From the NCBI RefSeq assembly GCF_009914755.1, contig NC_060947.1: 64,000 nucleotides of DNA. The stretch is one strand, 5' to 3'. Below the pieces are notes generated by a model that worked only from the letters and a program-made list of their open reading frames with translations, did not search any database and had not been told where the DNA came from. Source of the DNA: the human T2T-CHM13v2.0 reference genome, Homo sapiens. This document shows positions 31,147 to 47,727 of the stretch, in pieces. The translations under genes were made by a program, and so were the position numbers. Numbering within the stretch: position 1 is the stretch's first letter; each line of letters begins with the position of its first letter.

Positions 31147-34100
31147 AAAATCACTGTTAATAGAAAAGCTCATAGCACTAAATGCCTACATCAAGTAGAT
31201 AGATTGCAAATTAAAAACCTGACATCACGCCTCAAGGAACTAGAAAAATAAGAACAAACCACAACCAAAGATAATAAAAGAAAAGAAGTAAGTAATACCA
31301 GAGTGGAACTAAATGAACTTGAGACTAAAAAGTCATACACAAAATTAACAAAACAAAAAGTTGGTTAGTGGAAAGGAAAACAAGGTTGATAGACCACTAG
31401 CTAGATCAAGCAAGCACGAAAGAGAGAAGATCCAAACAAGCACAATCAGAAGTGACAACAGCTACCATAGATGTATAAAAGATTTTCAGAGACTACTATA
31501 AACATCTTTATGCCAACAAACTAGAAAACCTAGATGAGATTAATAAATTCCTGGAAACACGCAACTTCCCAAGATTGAACCAGGAGGAAACTGAAGTGCT
31601 GGAAAGACCAAAAAATGAGTTACAAAATTGAATCAGTAATAAATAATCTACCAACCAAAAAAATCAAGGAAAAATGGATTTACAGCTGAATTCTACAAGA
31701 CATACAAAGAAGATCTGGTACCAATCCTACTATAACTATTCCAAAAAGTCAAAGAGAAGAGATTCCACCCTAACTCATTCTACAAACCAGTATATCTTGA
31801 TACCAAAATCTGGCAAGGACAAAACAAAAAAGAAAACTATAGGCAAATATCTCTAATGAGCATAGACACAAAAATCCTCAATGAAATGCTAGCAATCCTA
31901 ATCCAGCAGCACATCAAAAAGATAATTCACCACAATCAAGTGGGCTTTATTACTGGGATACAATGATGGTTCAACATACACAAGACAATAAATGCGATTC
32001 ACCACATAAATAGAATTAAAAACAAAAATTATATGATCTTGTGAATAGATGCAGAAAAAGTATTCAATAAAATCCAACATCTTTTTATGATAAAAACTTA
32101 CAACAAATTAGGCATTGAATGAACATACCTCAAAATAATAAGTGATCTATGACAAACCCACAGCCAACATACTGAATGAGCAAAACTTGTAATCATGCCA
32201 CCTAAGAACTGGAACAAGACAAAGATTTCCAACTCTCACACCTTTATTGAACATGGTACTGGAAGGCCTACCCAGAACAAGCAGGCAAGAAAAAGAAATA
32301 GAAGGCATGCCAATAGGAAAAGAGGAAGTCACATTATCTTCCCTCACTGGTGGCAAAATCCTATACCTAGAAAACCCTACAGATTCCTTCAAAATACACT
32401 TAGACCTGATAAATGACTTCAGTAAAGTTTGAGGATTTAAAATCAATATACAAAAACCAGTAGAATTTCTACACGTCAGTAAGGTTCAAGTTGAGAACCC
32501 AATCAAGAATGCAATATCATTTACAATAGCCATACATAAAATAAAGTACTTACAAATACATTTAGCCAGGGAGTTGAACAATGTCTACAAGAAGAACCAC
32601 AAAACAGTACTGAAAGAAATCATGAATGACACAAACAAGTGGAAAAACATTCCATGCTCGTGAATTGGAAAAACCAATACAGCTAAAATAACCATTCTGC
32701 TCAAAGCAATCTACAGATTCATGCAACTCCCATCAAATTACCAATGCCATTCTTCACATAATGCTAAAAAATAATTCTAAATATCAAACCAAAAAAGAGC
32801 CCAAATAGCCAAAGCAATCCTAAGCGAAAACAATAAAGTCAGAGACATCCCATTACCTGACTTCAAACTGTACTACAAGGCTATAGGAACCAAAACCGAA
32901 TAAGGTACAAAAACCAATACATAGATAAATGAAACAGAATAAAGAACCCAGAAATAAAGCCACACACCCACAGCCAACTGATCTTTGACAAAGTCAACAA
33001 AAATGTACAATAGGGAAAGGAAACCCTTTTCAAAAAATGGTGCCGGGATAACTAGCTAGCTATATACAGAAGGATGAAACTGGACCTCTACCTCTCACCA
33101 TATACAGAAAGTAACTCAAGATGAACGAAAGACATAAATATGAGACCATAAACTCAGAATCCTAGAAGAAAACCTAGGAAAATTCTCATGGACATTGGTT
33201 TAAGCAAATAATTTATGACTAAGACCCCAAATGCAAATGCAACAAAAATAAAATTTGAGAAATGAGACCCACTTAAACTAAAGAGCTCTGCACAGCAAAA
33301 GAAACAATGAACAGAGTAATAGATAACCTATAGAATAGGAGGAAATATTTGCAAACTATGTGTCTGACATAGGAATAATGCCTAGAATACATGAAGAACT
33401 TAAATAAACACAAAAAAAAACCACATTAAAAAGTGGGCAAAGGACATGGACACTTTTTAAATAAGACATATAAGTAACCAACAAACAAAAAGTGCTCAAC
33501 ATTGCTAATTATCAGAAAATGCAAATTAAAACCACAATGAGATATCATCTTCACCAGTCAGAATGGCTATTACTTAGAAGCCAAGAAATAACAGATGTTG
33601 GCGAGGAGGCAGAGAAAAGGGAATGCTTATAAACTGTTTGGGGGAATATAAATTAATTCAGCCCCATGGAAAACACTCTGGAGAATTCTCAAAAAACTAA
33701 AAATAGAATTGCAATTTGACCCAGCAATCTCACAACTGGGTATCTACCCAAGGAAAAATAAATCATTCTATCAAAAAGGCACTTGCATTTGCATGTATAT
33801 TGTAGCACTATTCACAATAGAAAAGTCATGGAATTACCATATGTGTCCATCAATGGTGGATTGAATAAAGAAAATGTGATACATAAACACCATGCAGTAC
33901 TATGCAGCCATAAAAATAACAAAATCATGTTTTTTTTGCAGCAACATGGATGCAACTGGAGGCCATTATCTTGAGAGAAATAACACAGAAACACAAAAAT
34001 CAAATACCACATGTACTAAGTTATAAATGGGATCTAAATAATGGATTCACATGAACACAAAGATGGAAATAATAGACACGGGACTCCAAAGAAGGAGAGA

Positions 34101-34259
34101 GTGGGTAAAGGGTTGAAAAACTACTAGAGGGTACTAAGTTCACTACTTAGGTGGTAGGTTCAGTAGAAGCCTAAACCCCACTATTATGGAATATACCTTC
34201 ACATGTACTCCCTGAATCAAATATAATAAGCAGAAAAGAAAAACAAAGGAAACATCAGG

Positions 34260-34520
34260 GGTAAAAGATATTCTGGCTAAACTGATCTAACAGGATCCCT
34301 GCTGAAGACAGGCCAGAGTGGTAAAACATTACTTGGGGGACAGTGGAGAAAGATGAACCTGATCAGATATCAAGGATGATCAGATATCAACAATAGGAGT
34401 TCTTGACTTAGCAGGAATCACCCTTAAAACTGAATTTTACAGAGAAGTGCTCAGATGGGCTCAGCAGAAGTTTCAGAAGCCTGACCAAAGCTTGGCCAAT
34501 CAAATAAATTTTGCTATTAC
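34260..34520 (-). mobile_element. ERV1 LTR fragment (MER31/MER67-like)
   Basis: TGATCAGATATCAA x2, AGAAGCCTGACCAAAGCTTGGCCAA terminal motif. Confidence 0.6.
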
Positions 34521-34524
34521 AAGA

Positions 34525-34890
34525 AGTTCCTTGTGGGATGATGCCTGAAAAAGATACAATGCAGGAGGGATCAGGATTGGGCAGAGAGGGGCTTAGTTCA
34601 AAATTCAGATCTGACAAGTCTCAGCTTACCCAGAGAGGAGCTGAAGAGCTAGGTTGCTTGTTAGAGTACCCATGCATTGGGCAGAAGTGCCAGGCCTTAG
34701 TAACCCCATGTTGCATAGTCATTGACTGAAGACTGTCCAAGAAGAGCATGGCATCAGCTGGAAAACTGTAGTAGATCTTGAAGGTCATGCAGCTGGACGC
34801 TGTCAGCCAATTGCACTCCTTGAAGCTGAAGAGTGAGTTTTGTTTTGAAATGAGATCTTAACTGCACATATCCCTGGCTCCCATCACTGA
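34525..34890 (-). mobile_element. ERVL LTR16-like fragment
   Basis: CAGGATTGGGCAGAG..., GCCAGGCCTTAGTAACCCCATG..AGTCATTGACTG motifs. Confidence 0.55.
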
Positions 34891-35171
34891 TTGTGTATTC
34901 AATTTTGTATTCATAGCTTTTCGTTTAATTGTACAAGTGTGATACTTTTTTGTGGTGCTTCATTATATACTCAACAACCACTTCTATATAGACAAACATC
35001 TGGACATCCAGGATGCTCAACTCTTCAGAAGGGCCAATTTAGTACAAATGGAGCAAGAATCACTGTAGGACTTGGCCAGATTCTGTGTCACATTTCAGTT
35101 TCATTTTGATAAAATGAAGTGTGGATTCCCTGGCAAAGAGTACTATCTTTTATTCTTATTTATATATTTTC

Positions 35172-35467
35172 TTTATTTATTTTTGTAAGACAGAGTCTCA
35201 CTCTGTCAGCCAGGCTGGAGTGCAGTGGCGTGACCTTGGCTCACTGCAATCTCTGCCTCATGGGTTCAACTGATTCGCGTGCCTCAGCCTCCCAAGGAGC
35301 TGGAATTACAAGCATGTGCCACCATGCTTGGCTAATTTTTGTATTTTCAGTAGAGATGGGGTTTTGCTGTGTTGGCGAGGCTTGTCTTGAACCCCTGGCC
35401 TCAAGTGATCTGTCCACCTCGGCCTCGCAAAGTGTTGGGATTACAGGTGTGAGCCACTTTGTCCAGC
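35172..35467 (-). mobile_element. Alu (Jb/Sx-age)
   Basis: Antisense Alu; TSD TATTTATATATTTTC at 35157-35171 and 35468-35482. Confidence 0.95.
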
Positions 35468-35926
35468 TATTTATATATTTTCATTGTAATCTCACCCCCC
35501 ACACACAAAATTAAGAGCCTAGTGTAGCACCTGCTGCCATGGAGGATCACAGTAAATGTATTTAATAGAATGACTAATTATCCAGAGGTTTACCTTTTCC
35601 CCCTCACTTAATGTCAATATATAGAGCTTTTGTATCACTTGCTTTTGCTGATGGATCTGGCTCTGGTTTTGAAATCAATTAATTTGTCTATTTTTTATGA
35701 AAGAAGGAATACAATTCCTATTGGTAAAGGATAATACAAATAAAACAAAATTGAGAAGAAGAAATGTTACCTTAATAAAAAAAAATAGATTGACCATTTT
35801 CTGGGATTTGCCTCACCAGTGACATCCCCAGAAAGATAACCTGCTTTTCAGCACAACACAGCAAATGCTGAGAGCAAGATGTGTTACAAATTGATGGAAC
35901 CAAGTATTCATGTGTCAAGAAAAGCT

Positions 35927-36022
35927 AGAAGGAAGGAGGGAAGGAAGGGAGGGAGGAAGGGAAGGAAGGAAGGAAGGAAGGAAGGAAGGAAGGAAGGAAG
36001 GAAGGAAGGAAGGAAGGAAGGA
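35927..36022. repeat. (GGAA)n microsatellite
   Basis: About 15 uninterrupted GGAA units at 35960-36019. Confidence 0.97.
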
Positions 36023-37611
36023 CGGACATGTGCTTTGCAAGCTCTGAAAAGGAGAGGAAATGCTCACTGTCAGTCTGTAGCATGCCCTGGTGGTAACCCA
36101 AAGGGTAAGTCTGGCAAGTCAGAAGGCTAAAAGTAAGCCTAAAAAGGTGAATAACAACCAATTCTTTTATAGGATGTGGCTTCATTTGCAAAGCCTTTCA
36201 CTGATAGATGCCTTTCAGTGCTAGGAGCCAAGCCTCTTAACTCCTGACTTTCTGAAGCTCCCTGGGAGAGCTGCAAATGTAGAAGTTAAAAACAAAGCAG
36301 CATAGAGGTTCCTGGAAGGCTCTTTTATACAACTGATTATGATATTCTTCTGGATAATTTACTTGTTTCAAGTGCATAATTAATGGAATTATTATTCATA
36401 ATTAAGAAGTGCCCAGAGAGCAAAGAACGCAAACAATGTTCTGACTGGCTGTCAGTAATTTTCAGGCTCACACTAATAATACTCAGGAAATTAAAAGGCT
36501 CTGGCGTTTTCCTTCAATAGTAGCTAGAAATGTCCATTCTTAACAGCAATTTGGTGCTGTGGGCAGTGTATATCCTGTAGATTATGTCACCTCGAAGCAC
36601 CATTCCTCATGACATCCCTTGCGGAGTACACAGAGAAAGTCAGGCAGGTATCATTGCTTATTTATAAGTAGGGCCATTCTAGTAGGAGCCTTTGTAAATG
36701 ATACCTGCCTCTTCTCTTGCTTCTCCTCATGTCTTGGTGTAATCACCTGTGCTGCAGGTCCCTTAAGGTGACACACTATGTTAGAGGAACTGAGTTCTAT
36801 TAGCTACCAACTTGGCCTCTAATGAAATGTTTTATAAGGCCCATCAACTAAGTTTTCATGGCATAGCCCCTCTTCTTCTAGTGGTGGGGGAAATGTCTTA
36901 GCAGCCTTTTCGATTTTTTCCATCATTATTTTGTTTTATTTGCTACAACTAAGCATGACACTGTCATGCTCACCAGCACAGTGTTGCAACTACAATATGC
37001 TCTAGAAAGACCCCAATCAGAGTGAAGACTATTTGTACAGGCAGTTGCCTCTCCAGCCTAGTTATCTTTTGTCGTTGTTGCTGTTGTTGTTGTTTTCAGA
37101 ATAGAGCAATCAAAAAGCCTGGGCTTCCCTGTACAAGTGTCCAATAAATTCAACTGAAATGGGAGAAAAGCAGGTAACAGGCCTCAAACACAACTTGCAG
37201 TTTGCTTCTCCATTTGTGTGTGTATGCTAGATTTTCCAAAAGTGTGTGGCCTGGGGTGCTGGGTAAGATGTTTGAGTTGTTTGTGAATCTGGGAGCAGGA
37301 AAGGGAGGAGGTGGAAAGCACATTGGTGTTGACCAATTCAAAGCAAGTTACATGCAAAAAGCTAAATGTGGCAATTTGGGCCACAGGCAGAGTTAGCCCA
37401 AACTCTCTGCAAAGCTCACAAAAAATTATTCTATTTGGTTCTGCCTCAGAGCACCTAAATCTATAGCAGAACTGTGTAGTTTAATCTCAAAATGGGTCAC
37501 TTTTGCTCACGTCAAGCTAAACAGAGAATGGAAGGGGATAAAGGTTGAGCTAGTTCATTCCTGCCAGGGCTTTGACCAGAATAAATTTGTCCACTCAGGG
37601 TAACTAGCCCC

Positions 37612-37762
37612 TTGCTTGTCAAAGTGTGGTGCATGGTCCAGCATTCCCTAGGAACTTATTAGAAATGCAGAATTTCCATCCCCATACCAGACCCACTGAA
37701 TCAGAATCTACAAGTTAACAAAATATGCAGAAGATTTGTATAGATGTTACAGTTTAGAATCC
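37612..37762. mobile_element. MER5A MITE
   Basis: TCAAAGTGTGGT..AGGAACTTATTAGAAATGCAGAAT..CCAGACCCACTGAATCAGAATCT. Confidence 0.8.
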
Positions 37763-38479
37763 TTTATTTACGGCACTTGCTAAAGTTATCTCTGTAGTTT
37801 AAATGGGACGAAGGGCATATTTGGCTTCAAATAATAAATCTATTTAGTATGTTAGGGACTTGACTTTCTTTTCAGAAAGGCTTGATTCCCAAACTTTTGA
37901 AAAGAAAGATTGAGATGTACCATGGGAATGATAAGAGTCATATTTTTCCGGCACCGGGGAATAATTTTAGTGAGCAGTGGTCTATTTTCAGAGAAAACCT
38001 ATATTATTAGCCCCAAAGTTACATGAAATATTATAAATAATAGGATTCTATTTCTGTTTTTTTGAGGCAGCAAACAGACAAATTCAGGGGTATTACCCAC
38101 CTTCTGTCCCAGAATTCTGAAAATTATTCTTATCAAATTAAGGAGAAATAATCTGTAACATAAAGCAGGTTTCCTTTTTAAAAATGAGAGTATGGTTTGT
38201 GGGGTTCCACTGGGGGAAAACACAAACTCTCCAGGGGTCAAATTTTAAGGAACTGGGCTATTGTGACATTAGAAAGAAGAAGACTTGATGATTCGAAGTC
38301 TTGGATCCTGGAATTAGATAATTTTCTCTAAATATCTGTTTGGGCTAGTTTTTGATCTCAGAGCCTCAGCTGGCCTCTTTGCCCAGAGTCCACTCTGCAC
38401 AGTAAGGGCCCATTCTTTCCTGCCACTGAGGAGAACTTTGCAGCTGGCTACAGGAGGAGTGAATTACAAAGAGAATCGA

Positions 38480-38696
38480 AAAATAGATAAATCTTCCATG
38501 CAGAATTCCAAATTATTTACGTAGACACTCCATCCTCAAAGACATAGAACATAACTTCCTATTTCTTAAGTGTGGCTTGCCCATATTGATTTCCTTCAAA
38601 GAGTACAGTATGGGAAGGGGGACAAAAGGGTAACTTTACAGTGAAGAATCCTGACAAATATTACTTCAATCAAGTGATCCAAATTAACTTTAACAA
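38480..38696 (+). mobile_element. L1MD-type 3'UTR fragment (appears to resume near 45430)
   Basis: TTCCTTCAAAGAGTACAGTATGGGAAGGGG..TAACTTTACAGTGAAGAATCCTGACAAA. Confidence 0.6.
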
Positions 38697-39356
38697 TATG
38701 ATCTAGCAATCACACTACTGGGCATATAACCAAAAGAAATGAAGTCAGCATGTAAAAAAGATGTCTGCACTCCCATGTTTATTGCAGCATTGTTCACAAT
38801 AGCCAAGATATGGAATCAGACTAGGTGTCCATCAATAGATGAACTGATAAAGAAAATGTGGTACATATATTTACATTGGAATAGTATTCAGCCTTAAAAA
38901 AGAAGCAATCCTGTCATTCTTTTTTTTTTTTAGTAATTTTATTTTATTTTATTTTATTTTATTGTTTTTTTTTAATTATACTTTAAGTTTTAGGGTACAT
39001 GTGCACATTGTGCAGGTTAGTTACATATGTATACATATGTGCCATGCTGGTGCGCTGCACCCACTACCTCGTCATCTAGCATTAGGTATATCTCCCGATG
39101 CTATCCCTCCCCCCTCCCCCCACCCCACAACAGTCCCCATAGTGTGATATTCCCCTTCCTGTATCCATGTGATCTCATCGTTCAATTCCCACCTATGAGT
39201 GAGAATATGCGGTGTTTGGTTTTTTGTTCTTGCGATAGTTTACTGAGAATGATGATTTCCAATTTCATCCATGTCCCTACAAAGGACATGAACTCATCAT
39301 TTTTTATGGTTGCATAGTATTCCATGGTGTATATGTGCCACATTTTCTTAATCCAG

Positions 39357-43025
<3,669 letters not shown>

Positions 43026-43073
43026 TTATTTTGCTCGTTAGTTGATGCAGTTTCTTCCTAGTCTTGATGGTCT

Positions 43074-44090
43074 TTACATTTTGGCATGATTTTGCAGCGG
43101 CTGGTACCGGTTGTTCCTTTCCATGTTTAGTGCTTCCTTCAGGAGCTCTTGTAAGGCAGGCCTGGTGGTGACAAAATCTCTCAGCATTTGCTTGTCTGTA
43201 AAGTATTTTATTTCTCCTTCACTTATGAAGCTTAGTTTGGCTGGATATGAAATTCTGGGTTGAAAATTCTTTTCTTTAAGAATGTTGAATATTGGCCCCC
43301 ACTCTCTTCTGGCTTGTAGGGTTTCTGCCGAGAGATCTGCTGTTAGTCTGATGGGCTTCCCTTTGAGGGTAACCCGACCTTTCTCTCTGGCTGCCCTTAA
43401 CATTTTTTCCTTCATTTCAACTTTGGTGAATCTGACAATTATGTGTCTTGGAGTTGCTCTTCTCGAGGAGTATCTTTGTGGCGTTCTCTGTATTTCCTGA
43501 ATCTGAACGTTGGCCTGCCTTGCTAGATTGGGGAAGTTCTCCTGGATAATATCCTGCAGAGTGTTTTCCAACTTGGTTCCATTCTCCCCATCACTTTCAG
43601 GTACACCAATCAGACATAGATTTGGTCTTTTCACATAGTCCCATATTTCTTGAAGGCTTTGCTCATTTCTTTTTATTCTTTTTTCTCTAAACTTCCCTTC
43701 TCGCTTCATTTCATTCATTTCATCTTCCATCGCTGATACCCTTTCTTCCAGTTGATCGCATTGGCTCCTGAGGCTTCTGCATTCTTCACGTAGTTCTCGA
43801 GCCTTGGTTTTCAGCTCCATCAGGTCCTTTAAGCACTTCTCTGTATTGGTTATTCTAGTTATACATTCTTCTAAATTTTTTTCAAAGTTTTCAACTTCTT
43901 TGCCTTTGGTTTGAATGTCCTCCCGTAGCTCAGAGTAATTTGATCGTCTGAAGCCTTCTTCTCTCAGCTCGTCAAAGTCATTCTCCATCCAGCTTTGTTC
44001 CGTTGCTGGTGAGGAACTGCGTTCCTTTGGAGGAGGAGAGGCGCTCTGCTTTTTAGAGTTTCCAGTTTTTCTGTTCTGTTTTTTCCCCAT
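43074..44090 (-). CDS. ORF1: LINE-1 ORF1p RNA-binding chaperone, full length, 338 aa
   Basis: MGKKQNRKTG...NHAKM; coiled coil, REKG, ARR and YPAKLS motifs intact. Confidence 0.97.
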   Translation of the reverse strand: MGKKQNRKTGNSKKQSASPPPKERSSSPATEQSWMENDFDELREEGFRRSNYSELREDIQTKGKEVENFEKNLEECITRITNTEKCLKDLMELKTKARELREECRSLRSQCDQLEERVSAMEDEMNEMKREGKFREKRIKRNEQSLQEIWDYVKRPNLCLIGVPESDGENGTKLENTLQDIIQENFPNLARQANVQIQEIQRTPQRYSSRRATPRHIIVRFTKVEMKEKMLRAAREKGRVTLKGKPIRLTADLSAETLQARREWGPIFNILKEKNFQPRISYPAKLSFISEGEIKYFTDKQMLRDFVTTRPALQELLKEALNMERNNRYQPLQNHAKM

Positions 44091-44999
44091 CTTTGTGGTT
44101 TTATCTACTTTTGGTCTTTGATGATGGTGATGTACAGATGGGTTTTTGGTGTGGATGTCCTTTCTGTTTGTTAGTTTTCCTTCTAACAGAGAGGGCCCTC
44201 AGCTGCAGGTCTGTTGGAGTACCCTGCCGTGTGAGGTGTCAGTGTGCCCCTGCTGGGGGGTGCCTCCCAGTTAGGCTGCTCGGGGGTCAGGGGTCAGGGA
44301 CCCACTTGAGGAGGCAGTCTGCCCGTTCTCAGATCTCCAGCTGTGTGCTGGGAGAACCACTGCTCTCTTCAAAGCTGTCAGACAGGGACATTTAAGTCTG
44401 CAGAGGTTACTGCTGTCTTTTTGTTTGTCTGTGCCCTGCCCCCAGAGGTGGAGCCTACAGAAGCAGGCAGGCCTCCTTGAGCTGTGGTGGGCTCCACCCA
44501 GTTCGAGCTTCCCGGCTGCTTTGTTTACCTAAGCAAGCCTGGGCAATGGCGGGCGCCCCTCCCCCAGCCTCGTTGCCTCCTTGCAGTTTGATCTCAGACT
44601 GCTGTGCTAGCAATCAGTGAGACTCCGTGGGCGTAGGACCCTCCGAGCCAGGTGCCGGATATAATCTCGTGGTGCGCCGTTTTTTAAGCCCGTCGGAAAA
44701 GCGCAGTATTCGGGTGGGAGTGACCCAATTTTCCAGGTGCTGTCCGTCACCCCTTTCTTTGACTCAGAAAGGGAACTCCCTGACCCCTTGCGCTTCCCAA
44801 GTGAGGCAATGCCTCGCCCTGCTTCGGCTCGTGCACGGTGCACGCACCCACTGACCTGCGCCCACTGTCTGGCACTCCCTAGTGAGATGAACCCGGTACC
44901 TCAGATGGAAATGCAGAAATCACCCGTCTTCTGCGTCGCTCACGCTGGGAGCTGTAGACCGGAGCTGTTCCTATTCAGCCATCTTGGCTCCTCCCCCCC
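44091..44999 (-). promoter_or_regulatory. L1 5'UTR internal sense promoter and antisense promoter
   Basis: CpG-enriched L1 5'UTR; YY1 core AAGATGGC at about 44978-44985 (minus strand). Confidence 0.85.
44546..44854 (+). pseudogene. ORF0: L1 antisense ORF0 with premature stop at codon 25
   Basis: ATG at 44546 reads MAGAPPPASLPPCSLISDCCASNQ then TGA (44618-44620); the frame continues as ORF-track 44627-44854. Confidence 0.85.
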
Positions 45000-45554
45000 G
45001 CAATCCTGTCATTCTTGACAACATAGATGAACGTGGAGGACATTAAAGGCCAGGTACAGAAAGGTAAACATTGTATGATTTCACTTACGTATGGAATCGA
45101 AAAAAGTTGAACTCATAGAAGTAAAGGGTAGATGGTGGTCACTAGGGGCTGGGGTGGAGCAGATTTTGAGGAGATGTTAGTCAAAGTATACAAAATTTCA
45201 CTTATACAGGAGGCATAGGTTCAAGAGTTCTTTTGTGAAACATGGGGACTGTAGTTGATGACAATGCATTGTATTCTTGAAAATCACTAAGAGAGATCTT
45301 AAGTGTTCTCACCACAAAATATAGTAAGTATGTGAGGTAATGTATGTGTGACTTAGTTATTTCACAATGTATACATATTTTAAAATTCATATTTTACACA
45401 ATAAATACATACAATAAAAGAAACAAGGGAAACATAGTAATATCAATAATCATAACAGTTGTTGATCTGATGTGATAAAATGAAAATTTATCTTTGTGAT
45501 TTTCCTCTCCCAAACCCAAAATCCCAGTCTAATTGTGAGACAAACAGAAGACAT

Positions 45555-45929
45555 TGATATGGTTTAGATTTGTGTCCCCGCCCAAATCTCATGTCAAATT
45601 GTAATCCCCAGTGTTGGAGGAGGGGCCTGGTGGGAGGTGATTGGATCATGGGAGCAGATTTTCCCCTTGTTGTTTTCATGATAATGAAGGAGTTCTCATG
45701 AGATCTTGTTGTTTAAAAGTTTGTAGCACCTCCCCTTTCACTCTCTTCCTCCTGCTCCAGACATGCCTTTCTTCCCCTTCACCTGCTGCCATGATTGTAT
45801 GTTTCCTGAGTCCTCTCCAGCCATGTTCCTCATACAGCCTTTGGAACTGTGAGCCAATTAAACCTCCCTTCTTTATAAATTACCCAGTCTCAGTAGTTTT
45901 TTATAGCAACAAGAAAATGGATTGAAACA
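45555..45929 (+). mobile_element. Solo MSTA LTR
   Basis: TGATATGGTTTAGATTTGTGTCCCC...AAACA; TSD GACAT/TACAT. Confidence 0.9.
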
Positions 45930-47511
45930 TACATATTCCAATTGAGAGGCTCGTGATATTGGTAATTGTGTGAAACACTGGTATGGAAAAAGACATTAGA
46001 CAAAGAACACTAAAAGTGCAAAAGAAAAGAAAAACACAATTACAAAATGGACAGAAATATTAACAAATACTTCAACAGGCTTTACATATTCTCACTGTCA
46101 TCTACTGCACCGCTCTTTACAATTTCATAGAAAGGTATACAGTTCAGAATCAGAATATTCATGTATTCATTTTTTGTTGGTTGGTTGGCTTAGGTTGGCT
46201 TACTTTTTAAGGAGAAAGTATCCACAAGTCTTTCAGGTCTTTTCTGCTGTGTAGGAATCAGACATCTTATGCCACCAGTGAATTCAGTTGGCATCAAACT
46301 ATTCAAAAGATTAGGAATCACACATTGGTTGAGGGTAGAAGGTTCTAATATAGTCCTCTCTGTGCATCTGATTATTGAATATAATATACATAGACTGTCA
46401 CTTAGTGCATGACCAAGTCAGTTGAATAACCACTGTAGCTACTTTATGAGGCACATCCCAGTTTTAATATAACCACTGACTCAGGGATACCTGTGTTTTT
46501 TTCACATTTCATCTTTCATGTGGGACCAGAATAGTATACCCATTCTAAGCACTGGAAAGTATCTTATTTTGGAAATTCTTACAAGAAAACTGTCTTTATA
46601 TTATGGGACAAGTAATAAATTTTAATTTAGAAAATAGAAATAACCTTCCAAGGTTTGGGGTTTATGTTCCCAGATCTCTACATGCATTAATTCATCTTAC
46701 ATATTTTAGATTCCGCCTCACCAAGTATGTATTTGTGCTTCTACATAAAATGGCCCTAATCAGAATGTTCTACATTTATGAAAAAAATGGCTTTTAAATA
46801 GTAATTATGTTTATTTGACAGTAAAGAACGTAATAAAAATAGTTTGTTTTTAGCAATTTCAATTTGTTTCCTAAGATAAACAATTGAATAATACCTACAA
46901 GTTAACACCTTTACAATGGAATTAATCCTGCTACAATAAATGAGACATCTAGCCAATGAATATGTTTTTTGCTTTCTTTAATATTCAGGTATGACATATG
47001 GTGTTTATATTTATACTCTTTGCTTAACAATAGTAAAATAACATCTTCAATTACTCACATTATGTATCTCAGAGGCATATGTCACAGACATAGTTTTTCA
47101 AAAGATAGAATATAATGGTTTACAAATAAAATCAAGTTTCTTTGTAACCTGAGGCATCTTATGCTGAAAATCAGCAGCAAAGTAATATTGTTGAAAAAAT
47201 TATGTCTTACACCAAAATTATGATTCCCATTATTCTTATATGGTAGGTGAAACATGTTTGGGGTGGAGAAAAATAAGATTAAAAATTATTAATCCCACCA
47301 AATTGAGGTGGTGACAAAGGAATCGAACCTCATTTATGAACCCAGTTTGAGGTGGAGATATGGGTACAATAGTAATATCTGAATAAAGAAGAGTGTAGAC
47401 AGGTTACCCTATTCATAAATCTTTACAGAAGACTTTAGGAAGACAATGCTGAGATTTTCCATTTATTAATGAATTCTGATTGTCCTACTAAAAATATATT
47501 TCCTTCTAAAG

Positions 47512-47727
47512 TGCTAGCAATGTTCAACTTATGGGGTAAATTCACTCTGCCTTGTTTTTGTAAATAAAATTTTATAAAAACAGATCCAGATGATTGTTTC
47601 ACATAATGTTCATGACTACTTTTGCACTATAATGCAGAGTTAGTTGAATAGTTGCAACAGAGTCCCCATGGCATGCTAAGCCTGAGATATTACCTACCCC
47701 TTTCAATAAGAGGCTACTGTGCCCTGC
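47512..47727. mobile_element. MER58A-like hAT MITE
   Basis: TGTTTTTGTAAATAAAATTTTAT..GAATAGTTGCAACAGAG..AAGCCTGAGATATT. Confidence 0.75.

Noticed and set aside
35879-36191. KEGR-repeat ORFs (also 54595-54786 and 63259-63634)
   Set aside because: Translation of GGAA repeats
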